DNA of 64,000 bases, from assembly GCA_964187785.1 (NCBI GenBank), contig OZ076421.1:35898001-35962000 (forward strand). The letters are read 5' to 3'. This document shows positions 61,629-64,000 of the stretch, in pieces. Under the pieces are notes generated by a model, which saw only the letters and a program-made list of their open reading frames with translations, searched no databases and was not told the DNA's origin. The translations under genes and the position numbers were made by a program. Numbering within the stretch: the stretch's first letter is position 1; each line of letters starts with the position of its first letter. This DNA comes from Amphiscolops sp. MND2022 (Eukaryota).

Positions 61629-62242
61629 GGATCCACGGTAAGGCCGTAAAAAGGCAAGCCGTAATATCAAACCGGCAGCTTAGCTGGCACGACACTAAGC
61701 GGAGGTTAAAATTTTATAGTAGTAACCTCACTACTATTGGAAAGTGCCTTATGGAAAGATTGTTGTTTTTTGTTTAAAGTATAGGTTTCGGAGTAAGGCC
61801 GTAAAAAGGCAAGCCGTAATATCAAACCGGCAGCTTAGCTGGTACAACACTAAGCGGAGGTTAAAATTTTATAGTAGTAACCTCACTACTGTTCACACGT
61901 ACCTAAGAGAAGGAGAAGTTTATTTGTCTTTTAGTTTAGTTTAATGTTATGGATCCTGAAATAAGGCCGTAAAAAGGCAAGCCGTAATATCAAACCGGCA
62001 GCTTAGCTGGCACGACACTAAGCGGAGGTTAAAATTTTATAGTAGTAACCTCACTACTGTTCAAATGTGCCTAAGAGGTATATAAGTCTAGTTGTTTCTT
62101 TGTTTTGTTCAAGATTGTGGATCCGTAATAAGGCCGTAAAAAGGCAAGTCGTAATATCAAACCGACAGCTTAGTGGGCACTAACACTAAGCGGAGGTTAA
62201 AATTTTATAGTAGTAACCTCACTACTGTTAAAAAGTGCCTAA
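61629..62242. ncRNA. Four-unit array of a conserved ~98-nt putatively structured RNA module with divergent spacers
   Basis: Cores start at 61639, 61794, 61962, 62129; three internal hairpins; compensatory pair in copy 4. Confidence 0.55.
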
Positions 62243-62659
62243 ATGGAAATGTGAAAGAAACTAACTTCAACTATTTGTGAAGGTTCAACTGTAACTGTCG
62301 CTGATTGATTGTAGACTGGGAGAGAGTTTGTTTCTTCTTCTCGAATCAATGAAGTCGATTAGTTTGTTGAGAAGGAAAAGTGCTAACTGAGGTCATGTTG
62401 ACCGAGGATAACCCAAAGTTCTGGTTGGTGTAGCCCGAAGCTGTGAATTTCTACATGAATTATTGCAGCCTTTTTTTTTTAGACAATGGAGAGAATTACA
62501 AGAATTGTCTTTCTTTGTTGTCTATATAGTAAACTAAGTCTAAGTATTCTAGGAAGACCGGTGGGTCCAGGTTGTCTGCTTAAAATTTTGCTATCAGAGG
62601 ATTGCCCAGAAGAAAGGGTCCGAGAAAGTACCAAAGACTATTGAGGGTAGAAATGTATC

Positions 62660-63555
62660 TTACGGAGCTGGGGGTGAGAAGCGTTTGATAAGAATGCCGA
62701 AAGAGACGATATTGTCTTTAGCTAGAGTAGCGTTGAAAATAGTGAGGGGCAGGAAGTCTTTGATTCCACCTTCGATGCTATTTCCAGAAGGCGTTAATTT
62801 GAAGCTTCGGTGCAGTGACTGTCCGTTTTTGTTCTTGAAGTTTTTGTAAAATAGCCGTACAATGAGGGGGGTGGAGAGAGGTTTGTGGTCAGGGTCTCGG
62901 ATTGCAACGAAAATAGATACAAATTTATTAGTTTCTTGTTTGGAACATCCATTCCAATAAATTTTGACTGTTGCTATGAGGGGTGGCAATTCGAGAGGTT
63001 GCAAATCAAGGGGTCCTGTGGTAGCCCAGTGGTAATAGCTTCTGTGAAACGGGTGTGGCAGCCCGGCTGTTCTCAGATGTGTAACAACGATTTGGTCCAG
63101 TTTGATAAGTACCATTCCACCTCTTGTAGACACCTTTGTAAGTATTGGAGGTGATAGAGTTATTTGGGGGTCGTCATGGAGTATGAGAGTGTTTGACGTT
63201 GTTGACATCTTCAGAGTTGGGTCTTTGGGAAAATTGTTCAGGGGAGCTATTTTTGTATAGCAAGTGGTTGTATTTTGGTTTGAAGTAGTGTCTCAATGCC
63301 AGGTGGTTGGGAGGTTGACGGTTGACCAGGAGAGGTGGGCGTCAGAAACTGCTGGTTTTCCGGTGAGGTGATACCTGAGTCTGGGCGGTGAGGGCTTCGT
63401 GCTCTATTGCTGATGAGTATCTCGGAAATGTGCGTTTTCCCTGGTAACGTTGTAACATATTGTGGCAAACAAAGAAACAAAGTAGAGATTGAAATCAGAG
63501 TGAGTAAGTAGTTAACCCTAACTTCAACGAGTAGGGATTCCAACTGATTGCTCAT
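62660..63555 (-). CDS. Element 3 ORF-A: hydrophobic leader, P/S/T linker, divergent MATH domain (two ORFs, fused by +1 A in an A5 run near 63250)
   Basis: 63247-63555 (NYLLTLISISTLFLCLPQYV) plus 62660-63208 (GGMVLIKLDQ...VKIYWNG...FVSIFVAI...GGIKDFLPL...LAKDNIVSFGILI). Confidence 0.65.
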
Positions 63556-63569
63556 TTACTGAAGAAACT

Positions 63570-63587
63570 GCCTCACTAGTCGCACCA
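63570..63587 (-). promoter_or_regulatory. 18-nt PBS of element 3 (elongator tRNA-Met-like)
   Basis: TGGTGCGACTAGTGAGGC, 3 nt from the LTR. Complement GCCTCAC-TAGTCGC-A-CCA fits tRNA positions 59-76 with the GCCTCAC T-stem seen in elongator Met tRNAs. Confidence 0.7.
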
Positions 63588-64000
63588 GTTTGTCGCACGC
63601 ATGGGTGAAATTTGTTTATTAGTTTTAATCTGTCAAGTCCTTGTTTGCATTTTACAAGGTACTATCTCGCGACGGTTCTGTTATTGATTTAACAAGTATA
63701 AGTCCCAACAAATAAATTTGCAACTTACTGATAAGGGGGTGCCTTGCGTGTACGTGCGAACAAAAGAAATTGCGTGAGTCGCGCAAGGCGGTGTTTGTAA
63801 ATGAGCTTCCCGTTTACTGAAAATGTATGGTGAATAAATATGTTTAATTACGAATGAGTTGAGAATATTGAAAGTGAACAATTTCTGGACATAGCAACAT
63901 TTCTTTCAATTGTTACAAATCTCAGATTAATAAAGATTACAACTTCACTTTACAAGAAGAAGTAATATAACTTTTACAATTTATCATTTAAGAAAATGAA

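Larger units (their letters stand above)
58634..64000 (-). mobile_element. Gag/pol-less LTR element carrying MATH-domain ORFs and an env remnant (element 3); 5' LTR runs off the window
   Basis: 58634-59043 matches 63591-64000 with no difference seen. LTR termini TGTCGC...GCGACA (58634-60308), PPT 60309-60320, PBS 63570-63587. Confidence 0.88.

Noticed and set aside
61639-62226. Known ribozyme class (hammerhead, pistol, twister, HDV-like)
   Set aside because: No CUGANGA/GAAA core. A CTAAGCG-plus-hairpin resemblance to pistol lacks P1 and the conserved linker, and no twister P2 partner was found. Left unclassified.
61629-62242. CRISPR array
   Set aside because: Eukaryotic retroelement context, no cas genes, repeats ~98 nt, and the spacers are diverged homologues of each other (shared GTGCCTAA, T-tract, GGATCC).
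63240-63260. Programmed -1 frameshift joining the ORF-A halves
   Set aside because: A CAA AAA is not a canonical X XXY YYZ slippery site; a one-base homopolymer indel is simpler.

Overview
AT-rich metazoan (invertebrate-type) genomic DNA with two N-gaps (31882-32018, 52918-53117). All alignments, counts and domain calls were made by eye, without searches. The window appears to lie inside one large + strand TRAF4-like gene. Five small exons were found (15405-15566, 40196-40423, 48592-48795, 50129-50188, 58194-58368); the RING/5' exons, coiled-coil exon(s) and last MATH exon(s) were not found or lie outside the window. The introns contain: (1) a decayed minus-strand BEL/Pao LTR retrotransposon (1-14681) whose gag-pol interior is tandemly duplicated (~6.5 kb) with no LTR at the junction; (2) a young non-autonomous BEL/Pao derivative (25205-30345; ~920-bp LTRs, CAAGG TSD) with an 846-aa ORF lacking catalytic cores; (3) a near-intact L2/Crack-like LINE (~44008-48480); (4) many copies of a Helentron/DINE-1-like non-autonomous repeat, MITEs, local tandem duplications and spacerless palindromes; (5) the most unusual feature, a young LTR element (58634 to beyond 64000, minus strand; 1675-bp LTR, 18-nt PBS, PPT) with no gag or pol. 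This last element carries a hydrophobic-leader MATH/TRAF-like ORF in the gag position, a four-unit array of a ~98-nt structured RNA-like module showing covariation, a decayed env-like glycoprotein gene and a second MATH-like remnant.
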